Positions 9,689 to 18,995 of a stretch of 64,000 nt of DNA are shown here, piece after piece. The stretch comes from Porphyridium purpureum (lineage: Eukaryota): the NCBI GenBank assembly GCA_008690995.1, contig VRMN01000003.1, positions 620,001 through 684,000 on the forward strand. Direction: 5' to 3'. The position numbers and the translations under genes were made by a program. Every line of letters begins with the position of its first letter. Position 1 is the first letter of the stretch. Below the pieces are notes generated by a model. It did no database searches. It saw only the letters and a program-made list of their open reading frames with translations, and was not told the origin of the DNA.

Positions 9689-12154
9689 TCAGAAAACGTC
9701 TCCTTTTGAATCGATGGCAATCGGCGGTGCACCCCCGGGCCGTTTTTCAAAAGCAAGCTCTCGTCCAGCGCGCCACGTACCACCTTCTAGGATTTTGGCC
9801 ATCGGCATCACTCTTTCCGTCTTGCCTAGGCGATCCCAGATTTCGATAGCAATCTTGTCGAGCAAGGATACTGTGATAGCTCTCCACTCCACAATAACAG
9901 GATCATCCACAGCAAAAGTCTTCCCAAATACTTCAGCTTCATTCTTTGGAACAAGAAGCTTCGTATCGAGCAGCAAACCACCATTCCTGTATTCCGCCAA
10001 GCCGGTGAGGAGCCACTGATCGACGAAAGTGACGCCTAGCCTCTCCAGAGGTTCAATAAGCGAGTACGTGAGCCACTGGGCAAGCTTGTGAAAAGGAACC
10101 ATGTCCGCATACCCCGGCGCCGAGGATTTATTGAGGCGTACAAGACCATCATGCACGTATGCATCACCCACTCCCAGACCTGAATGATCTGGGAAGACTG
10201 AAGAAAGTCCGTCCATCACTGCCTGCCACAACACCCGAATCGAAACTCGCTGCGAGCTTGAATACGAATGTTTCAAAATGTAATCGACGATATTTCCTGG
10301 TCGAAAAACTCCTGTCGGGGATCCAAAGAACTGAGGCGAATTTTCCAATGCGAGTGCCAGCCTTTGGAGCATTTCATAACGCCCTTCTATGCCCACCAGC
10401 GGATTTCCTTCATTCACCTGAAAACCCAGGCTCAAATCGGAAAGGTGTAGTGAACGTAACCCCATCGAATCCACACGCATCTCACTTTCGCAGGACGAAA
10501 AAGAACCATTTCTGAAAAGATCAAGAGATGCTATGGCCAAACCTTCGCTTCGCGAGAACGTTCGCTCTCCCCATGAATGGTCCGTGTACTTCCAGCCCAA
10601 CCCAGCGCCAGCATCCAGCAAAACAGACACAGTGCACAGGTCCACGTAACGGCGAGTTCTTTCGAGGGCATCGACATTAAATCGTTTCCAACGGGCACTC
10701 AATTCACCGACGCGGTCGATATCTCCAGACTCAAAGTGTCGGAAGCGTGAGTGGCGCGGAATTTGCAAATCTGGATAGTGCCGTTTCATGCAATTCAACA
10801 CTGTACTCACAGTTGTGTCCATCTTTGAACGGTCAATTTCAAACCGGGCAAGCTCATGGTTCTCGGAGGCCAAATCGTGAAGGATCTTGCACCGCTTCCG
10901 TATGGTCTCCAATTTAAACACCTCTCGGCGTTCAGCATTCTCATCAGTCTTGCGGGGCTGGAAGCCCTGGTAACCTGACGAAATCTTCGCGCTGATTTCA
11001 ACGTACGCATCTGCAGGGACCATTTCTTCAGGCAACGACTCACGATTGACCACATGAATACGGCCGCACTCGGTGATTGCTTGGTATTTGTCCTTTGACA
11101 TTGAAAGCAGATAGTCAATTTTCTGGATGCCTAGCCAGTGGTATACATCTGGCATAAGCTCCTGCGCTCGCGCGTCCACCACACCGGCAATCTTTTGCGT
11201 CATTTCAAAGTATGTCTCCGGTCGGTCGCCACCCTCTTGGTAGCGGCGAAGGTTGTAGACTCGGAATTTGGTGACTTCTCCCAGAGCTCGGCCCTCTTTC
11301 GCAAAGTAGGCAATGACGCCGAAACCGTTCTTCTGCGCGGTCTCAACACCATGTTTGATTGCGTGGACAAGATACGGTCGGCAAGAACAAATGGAGGTCT
11401 GAAAGGCGTCAGATCCAGTGCACTGATCATGAGGCCTCGAAGATACGGGACGAGTATTGTCATGGATTGCCGAGAAATCCCCAAAGCAGTAAACTGTGGT
11501 CCCACCCATTTGCGGCAAAAAAACATCATTCGCAGAGTCGAGTACGCCAGGGATCTGGGTCCAGTCAAAAAGAGCTTGCCGCAGTTTCCTTTCGTCCGCC
11601 TGAACTTTTGCTGCAATGGAAGGTATGTGCCAAACTGGATCGATTGCCACCTTAACGCAGTGGATCATGTTGTTTTGATCCACAATGTTTCCATCGGACA
11701 AGAGTTCACCTCGCAGCTCTGGGATATCCATGGATGCCAGCGTGGCCGAGATCGTAGGCCGTATCGCCTCCATCCCGTAAGGATCGAAGCTCGAAATTTT
11801 ACGCCAATTCACGCGAGTACGGGGATCATCCAAATGCGCTTTCAAGGGAGGCACGAGCCATTCTTTCAGATGCGGCTGCGGCTCCCCACGCAGAGACCCA
11901 AGATGCTTACCACCTTTCCTGGATTCAGCAACTGCGTGATAAACCGCATGCGAGCCTCCGTACATGCCGGCGACACCCTCCATTCTTTGCAGTCGGTCGT
12001 GTAACCCCACCCAATCCACGTTCGTCGCATCGCCAGTCTGGCTGGCCGCGGCCAGGGTCGATCTCAGTCTCGCGTGCGGTCGGAATAGCGACGACGGCCC
12101 ACGATGCGCACGCGAGGATGGCAGAGCATGGCGAATGAAAGTCAAATGTGACAT
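9689..12154 (-). CDS. Fusion of GTP cyclohydrolase II-like URC1/Urg1 domain and DUF1688 URC4/Urg3 domain
   Basis: N-half: GGSHAVYHAVA, AIDPVWHIP, RPHDQCTGSDAF..SICSCRPYL, KEGRALGEVTKFRVYN, LMPDVYHWLGI. C-half: PRHSRFRHF, VSVLLDAGAG.GWKY, SRSEGLAIAS, VPFHKLAQWLTYSL, LTGLAEYRNGGL, ILEGGTWRAGR, SKGDVF. First ATG at 12154. Confidence 0.85.
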   Translation of the reverse strand: MSHLTFIRHALPSSRAHRGPSSLFRPHARLRSTLAAASQTGDATNVDWVGLHDRLQRMEGVAGMYGGSHAVYHAVAESRKGGKHLGSLRGEPQPHLKEWLVPPLKAHLDDPRTRVNWRKISSFDPYGMEAIRPTISATLASMDIPELRGELLSDGNIVDQNNMIHCVKVAIDPVWHIPSIAAKVQADERKLRQALFDWTQIPGVLDSANDVFLPQMGGTTVYCFGDFSAIHDNTRPVSSRPHDQCTGSDAFQTSICSCRPYLVHAIKHGVETAQKNGFGVIAYFAKEGRALGEVTKFRVYNLRRYQEGGDRPETYFEMTQKIAGVVDARAQELMPDVYHWLGIQKIDYLLSMSKDKYQAITECGRIHVVNRESLPEEMVPADAYVEISAKISSGYQGFQPRKTDENAERREVFKLETIRKRCKILHDLASENHELARFEIDRSKMDTTVSTVLNCMKRHYPDLQIPRHSRFRHFESGDIDRVGELSARWKRFNVDALERTRRYVDLCTVSVLLDAGAGLGWKYTDHSWGERTFSRSEGLAIASLDLFRNGSFSSCESEMRVDSMGLRSLHLSDLSLGFQVNEGNPLVGIEGRYEMLQRLALALENSPQFFGSPTGVFRPGNIVDYILKHSYSSSQRVSIRVLWQAVMDGLSSVFPDHSGLGVGDAYVHDGLVRLNKSSAPGYADMVPFHKLAQWLTYSLIEPLERLGVTFVDQWLLTGLAEYRNGGLLLDTKLLVPKNEAEVFGKTFAVDDPVIVEWRAITVSLLDKIAIEIWDRLGKTERVMPMAKILEGGTWRAGRELAFEKRPGGAPPIAIDSKGDVF

Positions 12155-12388
12155 CGAGGCTGAGCGCACGGGATGGTTCCTCTTGCGCGCTGACTTGATC
12201 ACGCAAGTACAGACAGGGCGCAGGGCCGCGTTTATGCGAAGTACTGATTTGCAAATTAAGGGCCTAGAGAGGTGCGCGAGATTACTTACACTGTACACAA
12301 ACAACCAATTTAAGTCTACAAATGAGCGCGGCAATTCGGGGCCATTGCCGCAAGACATCAAAGAACTGGCCGATACGGCTCGGCCGTC

Positions 12389-15300
12389 CTAGTCGCTTGA
12401 TTCATCCAACCTCAAAAGGGCACGGCGGCACGTCTCGTACGTGTAAAAACTCACCATCGATACAGGGAACGCCTTCAGAAAATTAGGTATCCAGCCCCGA
12501 TATAGACGGCGCACGCCGTACTCCTTCAGAAGTTCTCGCATTGTAGCACGCATAGAAAGAGGGGCGCGGGCTCCCTTCGAATCGGACATCACAGCAGCTC
12601 TGGCCTCCCAGCCCGCAGCAGCTGACAGCGATTCTGAGGCTGCGGCAGTGCCCCGCAAACCTGCGTTTTGCTGCTGCAAGTACTGATACAAGTGCTGAAC
12701 CTGCATGCATCGCCTGCAAGTGTCCAACGGGTAAGATGCCGCTTGAGCAACAAGAGATGAAACAACTCCGCAGCTTATAGCAAATCCGGGTGTCGGGTGT
12801 CCAGAACCATCGTTCAGCTTGGGCAGCATTGGACGCAACGCTTCGTATGTCGCAAACGACAAACCCACGTACGGGAAGACACCAAGCATTGAGGCAACAA
12901 GGCCATGGTAAAGAGAGCCTGGGCCAAACGCACGACGTGCACCTTTTAGCCCGTCCAAAACACCTCGATGCGGATGGAAGGCGTTCGTTTGGACACTCAA
13001 CCTCGCATGTATTACGTCAATTGGATACGTGATTAGTGTAGCAGCCATGCCGGCGGTTCCAGCCAGGACAATTGACTCCGCCATGGTAGGTCCGCTATTT
13101 CGTAAGGATTGTGCGGACGATGAAACACTGCTCTTCATCAAACCCGTGGATTTGAACACAGAGCTGCCCAGTTCGTACACTAATCGAAATTGATCAACCA
13201 GCAAAAGCTGCAAAAGAGCGGTGGGAATAATCCTCAAAATATTGGCACCATTACCGCGAAAGCCACCGGCAAGAAAAGATCCACGGTCATTTTGAATCAT
13301 CCATCGAAATGTCTGAAAAAGAGTCACGCCTCGAGCGGCTGCTCCTGTTTGCATCAGAATTTTTGCCCGTTCTAGAGGAGCCACGACGCAGCGGGAGACG
13401 ACACCCGCAATGACGACACAAATCAGATGAGATATCTTGCTTCCTGACGAGCGCGAGTCAATTTGTGCAAGTGCTGTCCGGCCGGGCTTTACCCGTGCAA
13501 AGTAATCAGAATTTCGTGTCTGCGCGCCGAGCAACGGATCTCCAACATCATGTAGTCCAGTTCCATGCTCGTAGTCATTTTGCGCTGGGGCTTCGAAGTC
13601 GTGAAGCATGTGCTTCATTAGAAAACGAATATCTTCCACGAAACGTGGCGGTAAAATGTCTTTCGACAGCTGACAGAATTCCTTGTACTGAATGACACGT
13701 TGCCCATCCTTGCCAAAAGCACGCTCACGGAGTTTTCGTGACTTTTGATCCGTATCATTCAATAATTCTTGTGCATGCTCATCTATCTCAGCGTAGTCAT
13801 TGAGTAACGACTGAAACTCTTCAAAGTCGACAAACCCAGAGTTGTTGCGGTCCATCAGCCGAAATGCAAATTGTAGCTCGGCATTTGGTTGGTTCAGCAA
13901 AATGTCAAAACGAACAAACTCCCAGAAGTCAAGCAACAAGTCGTCAACTTCCTCGTCAAGAAAATCATGGCGGTTCCCGGTCACTAGCATTAAGAGCAAG
14001 GCCTCGATTCGACGTTTCTTCGGATTCGGAATATCTAGGCTCTCAATATTCGCGAAGCGAAGGAAGTCACGCCCTGTCATCATCTTCAATTCCGCAGAAT
14101 CGCTACCTGGAACACGATTAGGTCGTGAAACGGACGCATACTGATTAAACACAGCCTTCAAATACTGAGTACCACCACCTAGACACAGCTGATGGAAACT
14201 TTCCGTGTTGATGGCCCAACACTCCACATCGGTGCGGGCACGTACGGTTGCAGCTCGTGGTACATCATACATAAGACTAAGTTCGCCGAAGGATGCTCCT
14301 GGTCCCAAGGTTGTCACAAGATTCTCTGTTAGCGCAGAGTCACGATTGGGAGCAATTTCAGTTTTGCGTTTCCGCTGGGAATTTTTCTTCGGGTCCGACT
14401 TCTCGTTGATCAGCTTGGGGTGCGAGACCAACCTCTCTACTTCACCACTTTTGATGATGAAGAAGTTCTCTCCCCGGTCACCCTGCGAAAAGATAACGTC
14501 TCCGGCGCGAAAGGTGACTGGGAAGAAAGCATCAACTTCACGTGGTCCGATCCTATCCATATTTCGAAAAAGAAAATGGTTTTTGATGAGCTCCCGAAGC
14601 TCTCGGCGATCAAGTCGTGCGTAGACTTTGCCGGCGTCACTGCCCGCATCACGAAGCTTCTCGAAAGTTGGTCGATCCACGGTCCACAAGAGGCTCGGCT
14701 CGACGGCACGAACTGTTCCCGTGCGCGGCACGTTGAAGGAGAAAGCAGTCATTCCACAGGACGTGCCTGGGCCTAACGTAGTTACAAGTGTCGGCTGACC
14801 GCGCTCTCCACCTTGTGCATAGCTTTTGTCGATGAATCGCTCCAGGCGCCCGCTTTCCACGATAAAGAAGGAGTCTCCGTAATCACCCTGATGGAAAACC
14901 ACATCACCAGGATTCAGAATAACCGCGCGAAAGCTTTTGATCAAATGGGCGCGCTTGTACTCGTCCGTGATGCTCGACGAAATAGGGGTTCGCTTCAAGA
15001 CCTCCCGAATTGTGTGGCGCGACTCACGGCTTGGCGAATCCCCGGCCTTGACACCGTTCAACTCTGATATCTTTGCATGCCGAACTTTGATGGGCTCCTT
15101 ATTACGGCGTGGCCACAGCCACTGACTAATATCCTCCTCACTGTCTTTTTTCTCCCGTTTGTTGGACGCCACGCTGCCTGCCTCTCCAGCTTTACGAAAG
15201 TGGAAGCTTTGGTCCTTGATGAATATTTCTTCCGAAAGACGCGCTCCGCGGAGCAAATGAACTCCCGGAGGATTCGTTTGCTCACTTGAAAAGTCCTTGG

Positions 15301-16075
15301 GGTTGTACCCAGCAGCGGGCGGGTAAGTTTCGAGCAGTCCTAAACGCTGATACGCAGCTGCTACAAGTTCTGAGCAAAACACCTTGGACAGATCGTCGAC
15401 AGCCTCGAAAACATCTGCGTGGGCCCGCTTAATTTCCTCTTCCAGGCGGATCTGAATAACAGCCACTGCGCCCGCCACTCGCTTGCGCTCCGATTCCAGA
15501 GAACGCCTCTGGAACAAAGTCAGAGCCGCCTCCTCTAGTTCGCGGTTAATCTCTCGCAATTGAGCCTTTTTCTCTAACAGCAGAGCATGCATGCGTTCGC
15601 GCTCCTGCTTCCCTAAGGGGTCAATCACGCTTTTGATCATCGTGCCGGCCGCAGACTCGTATGGGGTACCCAGCATTTCATTGGCAAAATCAAACAAGGC
15701 TCTCCGATCTCGATCGGAGCGCACGATGTTCAGACGACGAACTGCCACTTCATTGGACTTTGAGCGTGCCACACGCTCGGCTAGGCTGCGCAGTTTGACA
15801 CCACCGAAATCCGCTTCCAGAAAGAGGAGTTCACCAGTGTCCGGGTGCTTGACAACCATACCCACGTGATCCCAGCGAGAATTAGACACCATCTTGGCGG
15901 CGGCGCACACAAGCATTGCATAAATTTTCATTTTCCGGCACGAGCGGTTGAAGAGCACGACATCACCCGAGTCTAACCCAGCGGGTAGCTGCGCCGCGCC
16001 GATAGGCACTGGGATTGCTGTATTGGATCCATCGCTTTCGGAAGGGGAGCGCTGGTGACCTTCAGCAGCAGACAT
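12389..16075 (-). CDS. Multidomain protein: permuted NlpC/P60 (YiiX-like) + 2 cNMP-binding + EF-hand domain + mitochondrial carrier (SLC25)
   Basis: GDVVLF...WDHVGMV and FCSELVAAAY; GDVVFHQGDYGDSFFIVESG..PRTGTV; GDVIFSQGDRGENFFIIKSG..FGELSLMYDVPRAATV; EF loop DRNNSGFVDFEEF; three Px[D/E]xx[K/R]-type carrier motifs (PLERAK, PIDVIH, PLDTCR). One uninterrupted ORF. Confidence 0.88.
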   Translation of the reverse strand: MSAAEGHQRSPSESDGSNTAIPVPIGAAQLPAGLDSGDVVLFNRSCRKMKIYAMLVCAAAKMVSNSRWDHVGMVVKHPDTGELLFLEADFGGVKLRSLAERVARSKSNEVAVRRLNIVRSDRDRRALFDFANEMLGTPYESAAGTMIKSVIDPLGKQERERMHALLLEKKAQLREINRELEEAALTLFQRRSLESERKRVAGAVAVIQIRLEEEIKRAHADVFEAVDDLSKVFCSELVAAAYQRLGLLETYPPAAGYNPKDFSSEQTNPPGVHLLRGARLSEEIFIKDQSFHFRKAGEAGSVASNKREKKDSEEDISQWLWPRRNKEPIKVRHAKISELNGVKAGDSPSRESRHTIREVLKRTPISSSITDEYKRAHLIKSFRAVILNPGDVVFHQGDYGDSFFIVESGRLERFIDKSYAQGGERGQPTLVTTLGPGTSCGMTAFSFNVPRTGTVRAVEPSLLWTVDRPTFEKLRDAGSDAGKVYARLDRRELRELIKNHFLFRNMDRIGPREVDAFFPVTFRAGDVIFSQGDRGENFFIIKSGEVERLVSHPKLINEKSDPKKNSQRKRKTEIAPNRDSALTENLVTTLGPGASFGELSLMYDVPRAATVRARTDVECWAINTESFHQLCLGGGTQYLKAVFNQYASVSRPNRVPGSDSAELKMMTGRDFLRFANIESLDIPNPKKRRIEALLLMLVTGNRHDFLDEEVDDLLLDFWEFVRFDILLNQPNAELQFAFRLMDRNNSGFVDFEEFQSLLNDYAEIDEHAQELLNDTDQKSRKLRERAFGKDGQRVIQYKEFCQLSKDILPPRFVEDIRFLMKHMLHDFEAPAQNDYEHGTGLHDVGDPLLGAQTRNSDYFARVKPGRTALAQIDSRSSGSKISHLICVVIAGVVSRCVVAPLERAKILMQTGAAARGVTLFQTFRWMIQNDRGSFLAGGFRGNGANILRIIPTALLQLLLVDQFRLVYELGSSVFKSTGLMKSSVSSSAQSLRNSGPTMAESIVLAGTAGMAATLITYPIDVIHARLSVQTNAFHPHRGVLDGLKGARRAFGPGSLYHGLVASMLGVFPYVGLSFATYEALRPMLPKLNDGSGHPTPGFAISCGVVSSLVAQAASYPLDTCRRCMQVQHLYQYLQQQNAGLRGTAAASESLSAAAGWEARAAVMSDSKGARAPLSMRATMRELLKEYGVRRLYRGWIPNFLKAFPVSMVSFYTYETCRRALLRLDESSD

Positions 16076-16446
16076 TGCCACCCGATAGCGCCGCGCGACA
16101 GCGTCTCGCCCTCACTCTTACTCGTAGACCTTCGAAAGGTCGAATTCAGCGATTCCAATGATCCAGTCTCGCGCGAGTGAGTACAGTACCAAAATTCAGA
16201 ACTGAACCTTCTATCCTCGTCATCATGTGTCCGTTCCGCCGAATGTGCCCCGGCAAGGACAGTCAAGGTTGCGGACGAAGCCAGCTCTAGTTTCCGCGGA
16301 AACAACAGCCAAGCAACACCCGAATCCTCAACGGGTGCGGTCGCCTTGGCCCGCTGTGTATCTTGCAGTATCTGATTACTTCTGTACGTCCCATCTGCCC
16401 GTCGCCAGCGCGCAAGCCATCTCAGCTTTCGGTTAGAGACCAAGAG

Positions 16447-16872
16447 ATGGCGCACCAAGTCAAAATAGTTGTGCGCGGGACTGTGCAGGGCGTATTCTTT
16501 CGCGATGAAACAGTGAACAAGGTGGCAGAGATTAATGGTGGTCAGAACAAAGTCGTGGGGTGTGTGCGCAACATGGCAGACGGCTCCGTGTATATTTGCG
16601 CCCTGAGCGAGGACAAGAGCGCGCTGGAGGAACTCTCGGCATGGGCTCACCATGGCCCGGAACGCGCAAAGGTGAAGAAGATTGAGGAGGAATGGACTTT
16701 TGTAAGGGACACGTCCAAGTACTCGGACTTCACGAAGCTGAGAGGCTTGTACGCGGATCGTGCACAGAAGCATTTGTATAGTGCTCTTGCAGAGGATGGC
16801 ACCGAAGGTCCAGAGCAGCTCACGCCCGACAGCGGTGTCGAGACAATCAACTCGCCGGCTGTTGAAGGGTAG
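16447..16872 (+). CDS. Acylphosphatase
   Basis: VRGTVQGVFFR phosphate loop and GCVRNMADGSV motif, WAHHGPERAKV; ATG at 16447. Confidence 0.9.
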   Translation: MAHQVKIVVRGTVQGVFFRDETVNKVAEINGGQNKVVGCVRNMADGSVYICALSEDKSALEELSAWAHHGPERAKVKKIEEEWTFVRDTSKYSDFTKLRGLYADRAQKHLYSALAEDGTEGPEQLTPDSGVETINSPAVEG

Positions 16873-17045
16873 GCTTTGACCTGGTCAAGCGAAGGTTTAT
16901 CATCATTTACTTGTCTTCCTTTTTCTCCATAGAAGCGCTACGATTGAACGTGACCGCATTCGGAAAACGGCCGCTCCTTTCAATCTTTCAACGTATACCT
17001 TCTCAATACATATGTACTCCACATTGATCAATGGTTGACAAAGAT

Positions 17046-18995
17046 TTAAAGACTCAGGATTGATGTGTCTTGTGCAATGTGCTTTCCTGTCCGGGCAGCA
17101 CGCTTCTCCATGAGAAACTTGTCGCGCTGACGACTCGCTTCGCGAGCCAATAACTCCTCACGCTCCAATTCCCTGAATCGATCACGAGTTTGGCACGTCT
17201 CACACGTACACGCTTTTTCATGATCGCTGGCAGCCTCCTCCACACACGTCGACAAGTCCTTCAAACTCTTCAAGCGGCCGTGCGAAAGAAATTCATCACG
17301 AAGACGCATCATTTCCGATCGTTCCATTTCTTCAATCTCCATCTTCCGAAAAAGGCTCACCAGCTTTTCGGTTTCAGGAGTGGCGCCGTACGCCGCCGAC
17401 GTCGTGACTGCTTCCGACTCGACAGCTTTCTCGTCCGACACTGCTTCAATATTTTGGGACGAATGGGGCTGCTCTTTCCTGACAGTTTCAAGCACCCTCT
17501 GCAAAAAGGATGGTGTCGTGCGCTCGCAATCGTCTCCACAAGGCGTTTCTTCCGTGTTTTCATGTTCCTCATCAAAAGTCGCCGTGAGCTCCAAGTTTTC
17601 CGATGGTTCTCCGGTACTTCCAGCTGCAGGTGCGTTCGCATAGTAATTACCTGACGCAGCCTCGTCCAGCATTTCCTGGGCCTGTCTTGGTGCGGATCCG
17701 GAGGCTTTCTCCCATGTTTCAGCTTCAGCTTCGAAAGCAGCTATCGTCTCTTCCTTTGCATTTGAAGGGTGGACTGCATTGTCGACTTGCTCACCATTCT
17801 CAGAGTCTTCATCAATATTCCCTGGCAATAACGCCAAACCAAATAATTCAGCTGCACGCTCAACCTGCGGCAATACTTTCGATGAATTTCCGGTGTTTTC
17901 GCGGGATAACACTAGCGGGTCGGATGACTCTGTGATGGCCCTAGGCGACTGCGGCAGGACCGGAAGAACTTGTTGAGGTTCGGGAGAAAACAATCCTTCT
18001 CCATTTGGTTCGGGCTTCTCAGCAACAACATCCGCCTCCTCTGAAACCGGCTCAGCTTTCTGCTCTACTTCACCAGACTCTTCCTCTTTCGGTTCAAGCT
18101 CGGCGGTCTCGTCAAAAGGAAGAGAGACTTGCTTCGCGTCATTAACAATGTCCACCAGCGCGTTTTCGGGCGTTCCTAGTTCAACGCTCCTTTCCGCAGT
18201 CATTTCCTCAATTGCACTTGTCGATATTTTCGGCTCAGACACTTTTCCCGGAACAGCAGCAGAAGCTCCCGAGTCCAGGCAAGCATTAGTATTCGCATTT
18301 CCCAACCCTTCTGCGGTCTGTCTCTCGGGAGCTGCCGGCGCTAGAAGAGTTTTCCAATCGCGCAGGATCATGGAAGTGTGCTTAAAATCCTCACTACTGT
18401 TTCTCTTCCTTTCGCACGGTACGTCGCCGAGGTCCCTCGGAGACTTGGCCTCTGGTGTGATCGCCTCGAGTTCGCCCTTGGCTACAACAGGGGACACGTT
18501 ATCGTACAAATCAACCGGCGTTGCGCCCTTCGACAGTGTAGATTTGGCATGCACAATGTCACCCTGAAACGCAGATGCACCTAAGAGGTCTGACGGTTCG
18601 ATCTCATGCTCTTTGGAGATACTCAGCGGCGAGCGCTCAGCGTCTTCCAGGTGCACCGTATCAGAAAACATGGCTTTGGCGGCGTCCATTGCAGTTTCAA
18701 CGACAGACTCCTCCCCCGGTTCAATCCTCCCTGACAAAGACCCTCGCCCATGATTGACTTTTTGCGTTGTGTCATCGCTTGAGGCAAACTTGCTGTTCCC
18801 ACCCTTGCGCCTGCCCAGGAAAGGAACCAAGTTCCGAACTCTCTTGCCCGAGTTCTCGCGGGTCACGGCGCTGTGGAGCGCGTGGTCCTGATCAGCCGCT
18901 GAAGGCGGAGGAAGCTCATCCCCATGTGTCTCTTCGACCCTGCCAGTGCTGCTGGTGCGCTGGCCGAGAAAGAGCGTCTTGATCCTCTGCATCAT
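17046..18995 (-). CDS. Acidic, largely disordered hypothetical protein
   Basis: 649-aa ATG-started ORF rich in E/S/A/P; short C-terminal helical segment with CTCETC. Confidence 0.7.
   Translation of the reverse strand: MMQRIKTLFLGQRTSSTGRVEETHGDELPPPSAADQDHALHSAVTRENSGKRVRNLVPFLGRRKGGNSKFASSDDTTQKVNHGRGSLSGRIEPGEESVVETAMDAAKAMFSDTVHLEDAERSPLSISKEHEIEPSDLLGASAFQGDIVHAKSTLSKGATPVDLYDNVSPVVAKGELEAITPEAKSPRDLGDVPCERKRNSSEDFKHTSMILRDWKTLLAPAAPERQTAEGLGNANTNACLDSGASAAVPGKVSEPKISTSAIEEMTAERSVELGTPENALVDIVNDAKQVSLPFDETAELEPKEEESGEVEQKAEPVSEEADVVAEKPEPNGEGLFSPEPQQVLPVLPQSPRAITESSDPLVLSRENTGNSSKVLPQVERAAELFGLALLPGNIDEDSENGEQVDNAVHPSNAKEETIAAFEAEAETWEKASGSAPRQAQEMLDEAASGNYYANAPAAGSTGEPSENLELTATFDEEHENTEETPCGDDCERTTPSFLQRVLETVRKEQPHSSQNIEAVSDEKAVESEAVTTSAAYGATPETEKLVSLFRKMEIEEMERSEMMRLRDEFLSHGRLKSLKDLSTCVEEAASDHEKACTCETCQTRDRFRELEREELLAREASRQRDKFLMEKRAARTGKHIAQDTSILSL

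Noticed and set aside
11138..12004. Long antisense ORFs (also 31380-32108, 44157-45026, 52364-52984, 59526-60377)
   Set aside because: They overlap or shadow well-supported genes or GC-rich promoters and carry no recognisable motifs.
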